Shown here: in pieces, positions 9,443 to 19,192 of the stretch
Numbering within the stretch: position 1 is the stretch's first letter
How the letters are laid out: each line of letters begins with the position of its first letter
Origin: Prasinococcaceae sp. CCMP 1430
Taxonomy: Eukaryota; Plantae; Prasinodermophyta
NCBI GenBank assembly: GCA_013416795.1
Contig: RQSC01000001.1
Span: 51,119-75,507 of the forward strand
Direction: 5' to 3'
Length of the DNA: 24,389 nt
Program-made: the position numbers and the translations under genes
The notes under the pieces: generated by a model
Database searches by the model: none
What the model saw: only the letters and a program-made list of their open reading frames with translations
Told to the model about the DNA's origin: nothing

Positions 9443-9604
9443 GGGAACTACTACGGCGGCATGGCAGCGGCCAAGAGGGCCAACAAGGCGGCCGCCGCGA
9501 AGAAGCGCAAGGGGTCGGCGCGCGCCAAGCTCAGGGAGCAGGCCATGCAGAACATGAAGGACAAGGACGCCGGCAAGGGCGGCGGTGGCTGGTTCGGCCG
9601 CTAA
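9443..9604 (+). CDS. Terminal exon of a small Lys/Ala-rich protein of unknown function
   Basis: GCTGAC branch point near 9382, acceptor CCGCAG ending at 9442, strongly GC3-biased frame GNYYGGMAAAKRANKAAAAKKRKG...GGGGWFGR-TAA. A likely upstream donor GAG|GTGCCG lies at 9357. Upstream structure is broken by a single N at 9331. Confidence 0.65.
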   Translation, partial: GNYYGGMAAAKRANKAAAAKKRKGSARAKLREQAMQNMKDKDAGKGGGGWFGR

Positions 9605-9991
9605 AGCGCTCGTCGCCTCAGGCGAGCGCGAGCACGAGGCTGGCGTGCCGTCGCCCGGCTCGGCGCGAGCCCTCGGGGCGCGCGCGCCCGAATTCCCGCC
9701 CGAGCGCGCTGCTGTGCGGCGCGCGCTCGCTGACTTGGCCTGCGGGCGGAGGCATCCCCTCCCTCGACGGCGCTATTCTGTTCCTATTGTATTTCTCTCG
9801 ACGTTTGTCGCTCTCTCCCCCACCCCCACACCACACCACAACGCCACCGACCGAGCGCCGCGAGCGAGGCGCGGTGCCACAGCGCGCGCCCCACCTGTGG
9901 TTGGCGGGCACACAGGATGGCCGACGATGCGCGCGCCCGTTGGGTGAAAGGTCTATTACTGCAGGTGGCGCGCGACGCCGCGCGACGCGCC

Positions 9992-10826
9992 CTACCGCGT
10001 CTGTCCGCGCACCTCGCCGGGGCGGTGCGTGGGGTTGAACGAAGTGGTGCCCTTGTCCTCTACGACGAGCTCGCTCACCTTCCAGTCCTCGTACGAGCCG
10101 TCGGGGAGGTAGCGGCGTACTGTGAAGGGGACCTTCTTCGCGCGCAGCTCCTTCATGGCGATCTCGAGCGGATCGCTTTCCCCCTGGGAGGAGCGAGCGT
10201 AGCGGAGACGGGGCGAGGCGGGACGCGCGCGAGGGCACGCGCACACGAGGGCGCGGACGCGTCAGCGCACACCGACGCAGGCTACGTCTGCTGACAGCGA
10301 GGAGGAGGGAGGTGAGCGAGGCAACCAAGGCATGCATTCGCGAATGCGCCGCCGCATCGACCGAGGCGCAGGTCGGCCGCGGGGTGCGCAGGCATAGAAG
10401 CGCGCCGGGCGCCGAGTGCGCGCATATGAGATGCGCGGCGGCGCCGCGCACCTCGAGCTCGACCATGACGGGAGCGTTCATGGAGATCTGGAGCGCGCGC
10501 GTGCCGAGCACGCGCGCACGCTCGTACTTGGTCATGAAACGGGTCGTGATGCGCTTCTCGGGCGGGACCGCGCCGCCGCCGCCGCCACCGCCAGTCACGA
10601 TCTGCGCAGGCGCGGGCGCGTGGAGGTCAGCACGCGCCCGCCAGCGAGGGCGCTTGTTAGGGCGGCCTCCTCCGAGGCGGACGGCACGCCGTTTGTGCCG
10701 TTCGCCCGTTCGCGCCGCGCAGCGCAGTGCATGCAGCTCGGCAGCCGTCATCGCAACCACGAGCATGGCATCGTCACGCACCTCAATACCATTCTCGATG
10801 TCGGCGTCTGTCACCTCGTGCCCCTC
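9992..10826 (-). CDS. RPB6: RNA polymerase I/II/III shared subunit RPB6 (RPABC2); first exon not located
   Basis: Exons 10826-10782 ([15 protein letters not shown]), 10601-10452 (...[34 protein letters not shown]) and 10183-9992 ([39 protein letters not shown]...). Both introns (10602-10781, 10184-10451) are phase-0 GT-AG. Confidence 0.96.
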
Positions 10827-11130
10827 CTGCTCACGCGCGTGCCACGCATGCGCCGCCCGTCAGCAACCGCGCCCGTTCGCTCAGCGCGCTGTGCGCCGCG
10901 CTGACGCGCGCGCGCAGGTGGGGCGCGCACCGGCACGCGCCGATCGACCGTGGCCGCGGCACGCGACGGGGAAGGGTGCGAAGATCGCGACGGGCGGGGG
11001 CAGGACGAGCCACAGCATGGCTACTGCCCCCCTCGCGCCCCCCTCCCCTTAATGCCAGCCGCCGCCGCCCGCCGCGCGGTGCGGGTTGGGGGTCCCTGCC
11101 AGTCCTTCCCGAGCCCCAGGCCATGTTTGA

Positions 11131-11140
11131 GGTTAGGGTT
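11131..11140 (-). promoter_or_regulatory. Telo-box-like motif upstream of RPB6
   Basis: GGTTAGGGTT (reverse complement AACCCTAACC) about 300 nt upstream of the first located RPB6 exon. Confidence 0.3.
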
Positions 11141-11260
11141 ACCACAAGAGCTCCGAAAACCCATGCAAATGCAGTGCGGTCTCACAGTATTAATTCCCAC
11201 GAGCATGGCATCTTCTGATTCCCCGCGGTGGATTGCTGTGCCGCATAAACGCGCCTATTA

Positions 11261-11537
11261 AACGGCAAAACGCCCTTTTTTCCAGTTGAATTTGATCAGA
11301 CCCAACGCACTTCCTGTAGGAATGACCTATCGAGTTCACTCGCACTGCGCGCGCGAGGCAATGCGGCGTGCTGCACCGAGGTCACCATGCATCGCGCCAT
11401 GCCGCACGAACGGCGCAACGCAACTTTTTTCCCAGTTGAATTTGATGCGACCCAACGCACTTATTGTAGGAATGACCTATCGAGGTCACTCGTAATGCGT
11501 GCGGGAGTGCTGCACCGAGGTCACCATGCATGGCGCT
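11261..11537. repeat. Diverged direct duplication of a ~140-150 bp non-coding unit
   Basis: CCAGTTGAATTTGAT at 11282 and 11432. TGTAGGAATGACCTATCGAG identical at 11315 and 11465. GTGCTGCACCGAGGTCACCATGCAT identical at 11368 and 11507 (11-nt indel between blocks). Confidence 0.9.
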
Positions 11538-12765
11538 TTCGGGCGCACCTCCGTCGGCGTGCCTGCCCCCCCCCCCGCTGCCCCATCTGGTTGGTTGGAG
11601 GGCAAACACAGCCGCGGTCGCGCCACGCGCGCGCGGCGCGCGTGTGGCCCCGCCGCAGCCGCGCAGCGCGGCACGAGAGCCCCGCGCGCGCTGGGGTCGG
11701 AACCGCGCGAGAAAGCGCGACCGGAAAAAAGGAAGCGGGGGAAAAAAAAAAAGCGCGTAACTTCGCCGCGCGGTCGCGGTCGCGACGCGACGCGACGCGA
11801 CGCGCGCCCGCCAAACCGAGACGAACGCGAACGATGTACGCGTACCGTTATGCTATCTTTTGTCGGAACGGCCGTTTCCCGCGCCGCGGTTCGGTCGCCG
11901 CGCCCGCGCCTTTTTCCGCTTTTGCGACGGACGGACGCGCGGGGTCGCAGTTCCGGCCGGCGGCCCGCACCTTTTTTTTTTTTTTTTGCTGCTCCCCTGG
12001 CTCAAGGCTGTCTGTTTTGGGCCTTCCAACCGACCAACAACCAGCCACAGCGGGCGTTTTTTCTTCCGGGGCGCCACGACAAAACCTAAACCGTGTCCCT
12101 CTCGGTCGGTCGCTTCTGGTAGGTCAATCCGCATTTCGGAACGAATTCATAAACCCTTAAAATTGACCCAAATCCCGGCGGTTTTTTTTTTGGGGGGGGG
12201 GGGGNNNNNNNNNNNNNNNNNNNNNNNNNNNNNNNNNNNNNNNNNNNNNNNNNNNNNNNNNNNNNNNNNNNNNNNNNNNNNNNNNNNNNNNNNNNNNNNN
12301 NNNNNNNNNNNNNNNNNNNNNNNNNNNNNNNNNNNNNNNNNNNNNNNNNNNNNNNNNNNNNNNNNNNNNNNNNNNNNNNNNNNNNNNNNNNNNNNNNNNN
12401 NNNNNNNNNNNNNNNNNNNNNNNNNNNNNNNNNNNNNNNNNNNNNNNNNNNNNNNNNNNNNNNNNNNNNNNNNNNNNNNNNNNNNNNNNNNNNNNNNNNN
12501 NNNNNNNNNNNNNNNNNNNNNNNNNNNNNNNNNNNNNNNNNNNNNNNNNNNNNNNNNNNNNNNNNNNNNNNNNNNNNNNNNNNNNNNNNNNNNNNNNNNN
12601 NNNNNNNNNNNNNNNNNNNNNNNNNNNNNNNNNNNNNNNNNNNNNNNNNNNNNNNNNNNNNNNNNNNNNNNNNNNNNNNNNNNNNNNNNNNNNNNNNNNN
12701 NNNNNNNNNNNNNNNNNNNNNNNNNNNNNNNNNNNNNNNNNNNNNNNNNNNNNNNNNNNNNNNNN

Positions 12766-15138
12766 GGCGGCGGCCGCGGTCGCGGCGGCGGCCGCGGCCA
12801 GCGCGGCCTCGAGCAGACGATGACCTTCGACGACCTCGTTGCGGGCAACGAGTACGCCGGCAAGGTGGTGGCTGTGAAGGAGTACGGCGCGTTCGTGTCG
12901 ATCGGCGCGCCCTCCGATGGCCTCGTGCACATCAGCGAGGTCGCGGACGAGTACGTGGAGGACATCAACGCGATCGTTTCGGTGGGCCAGGACGTCACCT
13001 GCCGCCTGCTGTCGTTCGATTCGGACACCAAGAAGATCCAGCTCTCGATGCGCTCGCCGCGCGAGGAGGGCGCGGATGCGGCGGAGGCTTCGTACGAGGA
13101 CGATGACATGCCCGCCGAGCGCCAGCGCAACCGCGGCCCTCGGACCAAGCGCGGCCGCGGCGAGGAGCGCACTGCGCTCAAGGTGCGCGTCGGCGACAAG
13201 GTCACCGGCACCGTGAACAACCTGGCCGATTTCGGTGCGTTCATCACCATTGCGCCGGGCCAGGACGCCCTGCTGCACTTCTCGAAGATTGAGGTCGAGG
13301 GCGACTGGACCGAGGAGGTGCCCGTGGGCAAGGAGCTGGAGGTGTACATCGCGGAGATCAAGGGCAACAAGATCAACCTTTCCCTGAACGACCCCAACGA
13401 GCACGTGGATACCGTCGCCACAGACATTGACGACACTCAGGCCGACCACCAGTGGAACGACATGATGGTTGCGCTCAAGGCGGCCGGCATTGCCGTTCCT
13501 GAGCCCACTGGCGCTGCGGAGGAGCCCGCGCCTGTCGAGGCCGCCGCCGAGGAGCCCGCCGCCGAGGAGCCCGCCGCCGAGGAGCCCGCCGCCGAGGAGC
13601 CCGCGCCCGTCGAGGCCGCCGCCGAGGAGCCTGCCGCCGAGGAGCCAGCCGCCGAGGAGCCGGCTGCTGAGGAGCCGGCTGCCGAGGAGCCGGCGCCCGT
13701 GGAGGCTGCCGCCGAGGAGCCGGCCGCCGAGGCGCCTGCGGCAGACGCCGAGGTGAAGATCAGCGCCAAGGACGTCAAGGCCCTGCGCGAGGCCACCGGC
13801 GCTGGCATGATGGACTGCAAGAAGGCGCTCAAGGAGAACGGCGGTGACATCGATGCGGCGACGGACGCGCTGCGCAAGAAGGGCCTGGCGTCTGCCGACA
13901 AGAAGGCTGGCCGCATCGCCTCCGAGGGCGCGGTGGCCACCTACGTGCACGCTGGCTCGCGCATCGGCGTGATGATCGAGGTGAACTGCGAGACCGACTT
14001 CGTCGCGCGCGGCGACACCTTCAAGGACCTGTGCAAGGACCTGGCCATGCAGGTGGCCGCGTGCCCGCAGGTGGACTACGTGTCGCCCGAGGACGTTGAC
14101 CCCGAGTTCCTGGCCAAGGAGCGCGAGATCGAGATGGGCAAGGAGGACATCCAGAGCAAGCCCGAGGCCATCAGGCCCAAGATCGTGCAGGGCCGCCTCG
14201 ACAAGCTGGTGAACGAGAAGGCGCTGCTCCAGCAGGACTACATCAAGGACACGAACAAGACCGTCCAGGATGTGGTGAAGGAGGCCGTGGCGGGCATTGG
14301 CGAGAACATCCAGGTGCGCCGCTTCGTGCGCTTCAACCTGGGCGAGGGCCTCGAGAAGAAGAACGAGGACTTCGCCGCGGAGGTGGCGGCCGCATCCGTG
14401 GTGGACGTGCCGGCGCCCAAGGAGGAGAAGGCGGAGGAGGCTGCGCCCGAGGCGGAGGCTGCGCCCGAGGCTGCTGCTGATGTGAAGATCAGCGCCAAGG
14501 ACGTCAAGGCCCTGCGCGAGGCCACCGGCGCTGGCATGATGGACTGCAAGAAGGCGCTCAAGGAGAACGGCGGTGACATCGATGCGGCGACGGACGCGCT
14601 GCGCAAGAAGGGCCTGGCGTCTGCCGACAAGAAGGCTGGCCGCATCGCCTCCGAGGGCGCGGTGGCCACCTACGTGCACGCTGGCTCGCGCATCGGCGTG
14701 ATGATCGAGGTGAACTGCGAGACCGACTTCGTCGCGCGCGGCGACACCTTCAAGGACCTGTGCAAGGACCTGGCCATGCAGGTGGCCGCGTGCCCGCAGG
14801 TGGACTACGTGTCGCCCGAGGACGTTGACCCCGAGTTCCTGGCCAAGGAGCGCGAGATCGAGATGGGCAAGGAGGACATCCAGAGCAAGCCCGAGGCCAT
14901 CAGGCCCAAGATCGTGCAGGGCCGCCTCGACAAGCTGGTGAACGAGAAGGCGCTGCTCCAGCAGGACTACATCAAGGACACGAACAAGACCGTCCAGGAT
15001 GTGGTGAAGGAGGCCGTGGCGGGCATTGGCGAGAACATCCAGGTGCGCCGCTTCGTGCGCTTCAACCTGGGCGAGGGCCTCGAGAAGAAGAGCGAGGACT
15101 TCGCCGCGGAGGTGGCTGCCGCGGCCGCGAGCGTTTGA
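12766..15138 (+). CDS. PETs: Plastid PETs polyprotein (PSRP-7 S1 domains + tandem EF-Ts); start and transit peptide in the N-gap at 12205-12765
   Basis: Two S1 domains ([16 protein letters not shown]...DGLVHISE; [15 protein letters not shown]...DALLHFSKI), an acidic A/E/P linker, then two UBA+EF-Ts domains ([19 protein letters not shown]; [11 protein letters not shown]). This is the known green-lineage PETs architecture. Confidence 0.95.
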   Translation, partial: GGGRGRGGGRGQRGLEQTMTFDDLVAGNEYAGKVVAVKEYGAFVSIGAPSDGLVHISEVADEYVEDINAIVSVGQDVTCRLLSFDSDTKKIQLSMRSPREEGADAAEASYEDDDMPAERQRNRGPRTKRGRGEERTALKVRVGDKVTGTVNNLADFGAFITIAPGQDALLHFSKIEVEGDWTEEVPVGKELEVYIAEIKGNKINLSLNDPNEHVDTVATDIDDTQADHQWNDMMVALKAAGIAVPEPTGAAEEPAPVEAAAEEPAAEEPAAEEPAAEEPAPVEAAAEEPAAEEPAAEEPAAEEPAAEEPAPVEAAAEEPAAEAPAADAEVKISAKDVKALREATGAGMMDCKKALKENGGDIDAATDALRKKGLASADKKAGRIASEGAVATYVHAGSRIGVMIEVNCETDFVARGDTFKDLCKDLAMQVAACPQVDYVSPEDVDPEFLAKEREIEMGKEDIQSKPEAIRPKIVQGRLDKLVNEKALLQQDYIKDTNKTVQDVVKEAVAGIGENIQVRRFVRFNLGEGLEKKNEDFAAEVAAASVVDVPAPKEEKAEEAAPEAEAAPEAAADVKISAKDVKALREATGAGMMDCKKALKENGGDIDAATDALRKKGLASADKKAGRIASEGAVATYVHAGSRIGVMIEVNCETDFVARGDTFKDLCKDLAMQVAACPQVDYVSPEDVDPEFLAKEREIEMGKEDIQSKPEAIRPKIVQGRLDKLVNEKALLQQDYIKDTNKTVQDVVKEAVAGIGENIQVRRFVRFNLGEGLEKKSEDFAAEVAAAAASV
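13516..13740 (+). repeat. Coding minisatellite (AEEPA / [10 protein letters not shown]) in the PETs linker
   Basis: Repeated GCCGAGGAGCCC-type 15-nt units interspersed with longer variants. Confidence 0.9.
13753..15091 (+). repeat. Two identical 610-bp EF-Ts-domain copies (13753-14362 and 14482-15091, offset 729)
   Basis: Read side by side with no mismatch until 14363/15092 (AAC vs AGC). Confidence 0.92.
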
Positions 15139-15159
15139 GGCGGCCGGGGGGGAGCACCA

Positions 15160-15164
15160 TGTAA
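15160..15164 (+). terminator. TGTAA poly(A) signal for PETs
   Basis: About 20 nt after the TGA at 15136-15138. Confidence 0.55.
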
Positions 15165-15188
15165 TAGACCCATTTATATACAATGTCG

Positions 15189-16839
15189 CTAGGCGATGCA
15201 CGCCACGTTGCCCGGCGACAGCTCGACGAGCTTGCAGCCGCGACTGTACTTTTCCAGCTCGACGGCGGCGCACGCCTGGTTGCACTCCCAGCCGGGCTCG
15301 CCCTCGACACTGCCGCCACAGTCAAAGTGCGCATGGCGCCCCGCTGCTGAGCCATCGCCGCCCACCACTCGAACGCCCCCAACGCTGCCCTCAGCGTACC
15401 AGCGCTGGAAAACGTCGCGCAGCTTGACGCCTCGGATGGCCGCGTGCTCTACGTGCGCGCGCGCGTCGCCCGCAGGCGCGGTTGGGGCAGCGTGCGGTAT
15501 GAGACAGTCAGCGAGGGGAAAAGCGCGGGGAGACGAGGCCCGTCAGGTGGCGCCGCGCGCGCAAGCGCCGCGCGCATTCGCGCGTGGCTAGCTCGACCGC
15601 CAGCAGCGACGCACCCCACACGCGGTCGACGGTGGTGCCTGCATGCCCCCTGCACGAGAGAACGAACGCACCCGTGCGCGGCTCCGCACGCACACGCTCG
15701 CGCACCGCCGTGCGTACGCGCACGGCGAGCTCGTCAAGGGCTGCCGCCTCGGCGCCGTCGCAGTCGAAGGCTCGACCCACGCACTCCACGTGGGCGAGAT
15801 TCGCGGCCTGCCACGTATCATGCGCCCACGCGAACACGAAAAGGGGCGTGCGCACATGCTCGAGGGCGACTTCGCTGAGAAAGCAGCGAAAGAGCTCGTG
15901 CGGGTGCGCTGCTGCGCAGCCGTTGCCATCGCCTACTCGTACGTGCTGCATATGCGCGACGTGGGCGTAGTGGCCCTTGAAGCGGTCGTGCCCCTCGAAG
16001 TCACGTATATGCGGGAAGATGCCACTATCCGAGAATGCGGCGACGTGCGCTCGCGGCGCGTGCGCGCGGACCACGTCCGCGAGCGCATCGGCGTGCAGGA
16101 GGACCGCGAGACCACCCGCGGAGCTGCCCGTGATCAGCACGTCGGTCGTGTCCTGCCGCAGCACGCCTGCGGCCGCGAGCGTGGCTGGCAGGGCGTCGAT
16201 GTGACGCCGACCGCGGAAGAAGAGCGTGCGATTCTCGCCCGTGTCCGCACTGGTGCCCCACACGGCCTCCTCGCGGTCGCCGGAGGACGAGGCGCCTGCG
16301 CACCCGCCATGGTAGCCGGCGCGTGCGCACGTTCGGCTCGCGAGTCAGCATGTGCGCGCTCGCCCAACGGCCCGGGCGCGCGCGCCGCTGCGCCGTCGCG
16401 CGGGCCGCGCGCGCACCATCGCAGTACATGAGCCACGCGTGGGCCCATCCACTCCACCGGCCAGCGACGGACTCGTTTCCCGAGAAGATACCAAAGTCGC
16501 CCTGGTCAAGCACGCCCTCGAGGTGCGCTCGGCGCGCTGGCCATGACGCCGCGCTGCCGAGCTCGCTCTCGCTGCGCAGCGCGCACTCGTCCGCCGACGT
16601 GCACCAGCCCCCGCCCTGTAGGTGGATGATGAGCCCGCGCTCGCCCTTCGCATCGGCGGCGCCACGCGCCTGGCGGACATACACCCCCCCCAGCGTGCCG
16701 TCGAGACACAGCGCGCCGCTTGCCTCCGGGAAGCGGCGCAGCACGTACCCGCCCACGCCCACGCCCCCCACGCGGGCGCCGCCGGTGCCGCCGCTGATGC
16801 CGCCGCCACCGATGCCGCTCGGCGCGCGCAGCACGCCCG
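15189..16839 (-). CDS. PAE: Pectin acetylesterase / Notum family alpha/beta hydrolase; 5' end in the N-gap at 16840-17600
   Basis: Exons >=16839-16417, 16295-15615 and 15448-15189; phase-1 GT-AG introns 16296-16416 and 15449-15614 with GCTGAC branch points. Spliced motifs: ALCLDGT, HLQGGGWC, YCD|GASSSGD, LFFRG, GSSAGG, SDSG, HDTWQ, SCRGH, FQRWY, HFDC...WECNQAC. Confidence 0.9.
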
Positions 16840-17600
16840 NNNNNNNNNNNNNNNNNNNNNNNNNNNNNNNNNNNNNNNNNNNNNNNNNNNNNNNNNNNNN
16901 NNNNNNNNNNNNNNNNNNNNNNNNNNNNNNNNNNNNNNNNNNNNNNNNNNNNNNNNNNNNNNNNNNNNNNNNNNNNNNNNNNNNNNNNNNNNNNNNNNNN
17001 NNNNNNNNNNNNNNNNNNNNNNNNNNNNNNNNNNNNNNNNNNNNNNNNNNNNNNNNNNNNNNNNNNNNNNNNNNNNNNNNNNNNNNNNNNNNNNNNNNNN
17101 NNNNNNNNNNNNNNNNNNNNNNNNNNNNNNNNNNNNNNNNNNNNNNNNNNNNNNNNNNNNNNNNNNNNNNNNNNNNNNNNNNNNNNNNNNNNNNNNNNNN
17201 NNNNNNNNNNNNNNNNNNNNNNNNNNNNNNNNNNNNNNNNNNNNNNNNNNNNNNNNNNNNNNNNNNNNNNNNNNNNNNNNNNNNNNNNNNNNNNNNNNNN
17301 NNNNNNNNNNNNNNNNNNNNNNNNNNNNNNNNNNNNNNNNNNNNNNNNNNNNNNNNNNNNNNNNNNNNNNNNNNNNNNNNNNNNNNNNNNNNNNNNNNNN
17401 NNNNNNNNNNNNNNNNNNNNNNNNNNNNNNNNNNNNNNNNNNNNNNNNNNNNNNNNNNNNNNNNNNNNNNNNNNNNNNNNNNNNNNNNNNNNNNNNNNNN
17501 NNNNNNNNNNNNNNNNNNNNNNNNNNNNNNNNNNNNNNNNNNNNNNNNNNNNNNNNNNNNNNNNNNNNNNNNNNNNNNNNNNNNNNNNNNNNNNNNNNNN

Positions 17601-19109
17601 CACGCGGCGGCTGGTGGTGGCGGCGGGCGGCGGCGGGCAGGGCGCGACGCGGTGGGCGTTGGCACCGCGGCTCCCGCTGCGGAGGGGGATGGGGTCACGC
17701 TGCCTGAGGAGGCGGGCGGCCGTGCGTGGCTGCCCGCGCGGCCCGTCGGCGACAAGCTGGACGCCGAGGTGCTCAAGCTGTGGGTGCCGGCCGTGCTGAA
17801 CTTCCTCATCATCCCGCTGGTGGGCGCGGTCGACGTGTTGTGGGTGGGAAGGATGGGCGAGGCGTCGACGCTTGCGGCGCAGGGCGCGGCCAACCAAGTC
17901 TTCACATCGACGTTCTGGATCATCTCATTCCTGCCGAGCCTCGTCACGCCGCTCGTTGCCAAGGCGGCGGCCAGTGGCGACGACGAGGCCGTGCGCAAGC
18001 AGGTAGGCGAGGCCGTCTTCGTCAGCGTCTTCATCGGCGCGCTGGGGATGGCGGCGATGATTGGGCTGCCGAACGTCATGCTCGGGCTCGTTGGCCTCGT
18101 GCCGGGCTCGGAGGTGTCCTCGCACGCGGAGCCCTACATCATGACGCGTGCGCTGAGCTTCATTCCCGCGTTGGTCTCGACGGTGGCGTTCGCGGCCTTC
18201 CGTGGCACGATGGACACGCTCACGCCGCTCAAGGTGACGCTCGCCGCGCAGGTTCTCAACGTGGTGCTCGACCCGATCTTCATCTTCGGCGCGGGCTTCA
18301 TCAAGGCCATGGGGCTCGCGGGTGCCGCCCTCGCCACGGCCTTCGCGGAGGTCACCAGCTGCGCCGCGTACATCACCATCATGCTTAAGCGCGGCCTCGT
18401 GAACGTGCAGTCGATGGTGCGCCCGCCGTCCTGGGCGTCGCTCCAGCCCCTGCTGACGGGCGGCTTCGCCGTGCAGATGCGCTCGGTTGCCATCAACTGC
18501 ACCTTCCTGGCGGTGACCTCCGCCACGCTGGCCATGGACGCGTCGGGTCAGGCGGCGGCCGCGCACACCATCTCCACGCAGCTCTGGCAGCTGGGCGGCG
18601 TGGTCCTGCTCGCACTCAGCTCGTGTGCGTCGATACTCGTGCCGCAGCGAATGCACAGGCTGGAGGACGGCGGGCCGCTCGCCGCGCGCGAAGTTGCGGA
18701 CCGGCTGCTCGTGTGGGGGCTGTACGCGGGAGTGGCGTTCGGCCTGGTGCAGCTGGCTGCGCTGCCGTTGCTGGGCGTCTTCACGCCCATCGCCTCCGTG
18801 CAGGAGGCTGCGCGCGTACCCTCCATCCTCGGGGCGGTGCTGCAGTCGATCAACGGCATGGTGTTCGTGGGCGAGGGCATCATGCAGGGCCACCAGGCGT
18901 TCGAGCAGCTCGCCATAAACACGGCGGTGGCCAGCGGCCTGCTGCTCATCTCCCTCCACTTTTTCGGCGACACGCTCTCGGGTGTGTGGTTCAGCTTCTA
19001 CATCTTCAATTTTGTGCGGCTAGCGGGCGCCATGCGCCACCACCTCTTCGACGGCCCCCTCGCAGGCGTGCGAAGGGAGGCCTCGCTGCCGGCTGCGGCG
19101 AGCGCCTGA
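17601..19109 (+). CDS. MATE efflux transporter, DinF-like subfamily; start in the N-gap
   Basis: Multi-pass hydrophobic ORF with MATE motifs PAVLNFLIIPLVGAVD, AFRGTMDTLTPL, LNVVLDPIFIFG...GLAGAALAT, AAAAHTI. Ala/Gly/Arg-rich N-terminal extension. Confidence 0.92.
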   Translation, partial: HAAAGGGGGRRRAGRDAVGVGTAAPAAEGDGVTLPEEAGGRAWLPARPVGDKLDAEVLKLWVPAVLNFLIIPLVGAVDVLWVGRMGEASTLAAQGAANQVFTSTFWIISFLPSLVTPLVAKAAASGDDEAVRKQVGEAVFVSVFIGALGMAAMIGLPNVMLGLVGLVPGSEVSSHAEPYIMTRALSFIPALVSTVAFAAFRGTMDTLTPLKVTLAAQVLNVVLDPIFIFGAGFIKAMGLAGAALATAFAEVTSCAAYITIMLKRGLVNVQSMVRPPSWASLQPLLTGGFAVQMRSVAINCTFLAVTSATLAMDASGQAAAAHTISTQLWQLGGVVLLALSSCASILVPQRMHRLEDGGPLAAREVADRLLVWGLYAGVAFGLVQLAALPLLGVFTPIASVQEAARVPSILGAVLQSINGMVFVGEGIMQGHQAFEQLAINTAVASGLLLISLHFFGDTLSGVWFSFYIFNFVRLAGAMRHHLFDGPLAGVRREASLPAAASA

Positions 19110-19161
19110 AGTCCGCGGTCGAGTGCTTGTGCATTAGTCTGTTTGTATGGTCGACCGCGGG

Positions 19162-19166
19162 TGTAA
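19162..19166 (+). terminator. TGTAA poly(A) signal for MATE
   Basis: About 50 nt after the stop at 19109. Confidence 0.55.
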
Positions 19167-19192
19167 CATATTCTTCTTACGCCAAAGAATGG

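Larger units (their letters stand above)
262..17600. other. Assembly gaps: 262-503, 7138-7472, 9331 (single N), 12205-12765, 16840-17600
   Basis: Runs of N; several are bordered by G/C or A homopolymers. Confidence 1.

Noticed and set aside
11021-11206. Candidate first exons for RPB6 (MLVGINT|GTGAG; MAWGSG...)
   Set aside because: Neither encodes the acidic RPB6-type N-terminus and neither can be linked to the acceptor at 10827 without transcript data.
11473-11488. TGACCT-N4-AGGTCA resembling a nuclear-receptor response element
   Set aside because: Green algae lack nuclear hormone receptors; it is simply the stem of the local palindrome.
8335-11491. Shared 12-mer GAGTGACCTCGA (8335-8346 plus; 11480-11491 minus) and shared GGGGGTGAGCGAGG (near 56 and 21936)
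   Set aside because: Matches of 12-14 nt are expected by chance in a GC-rich window of this size.
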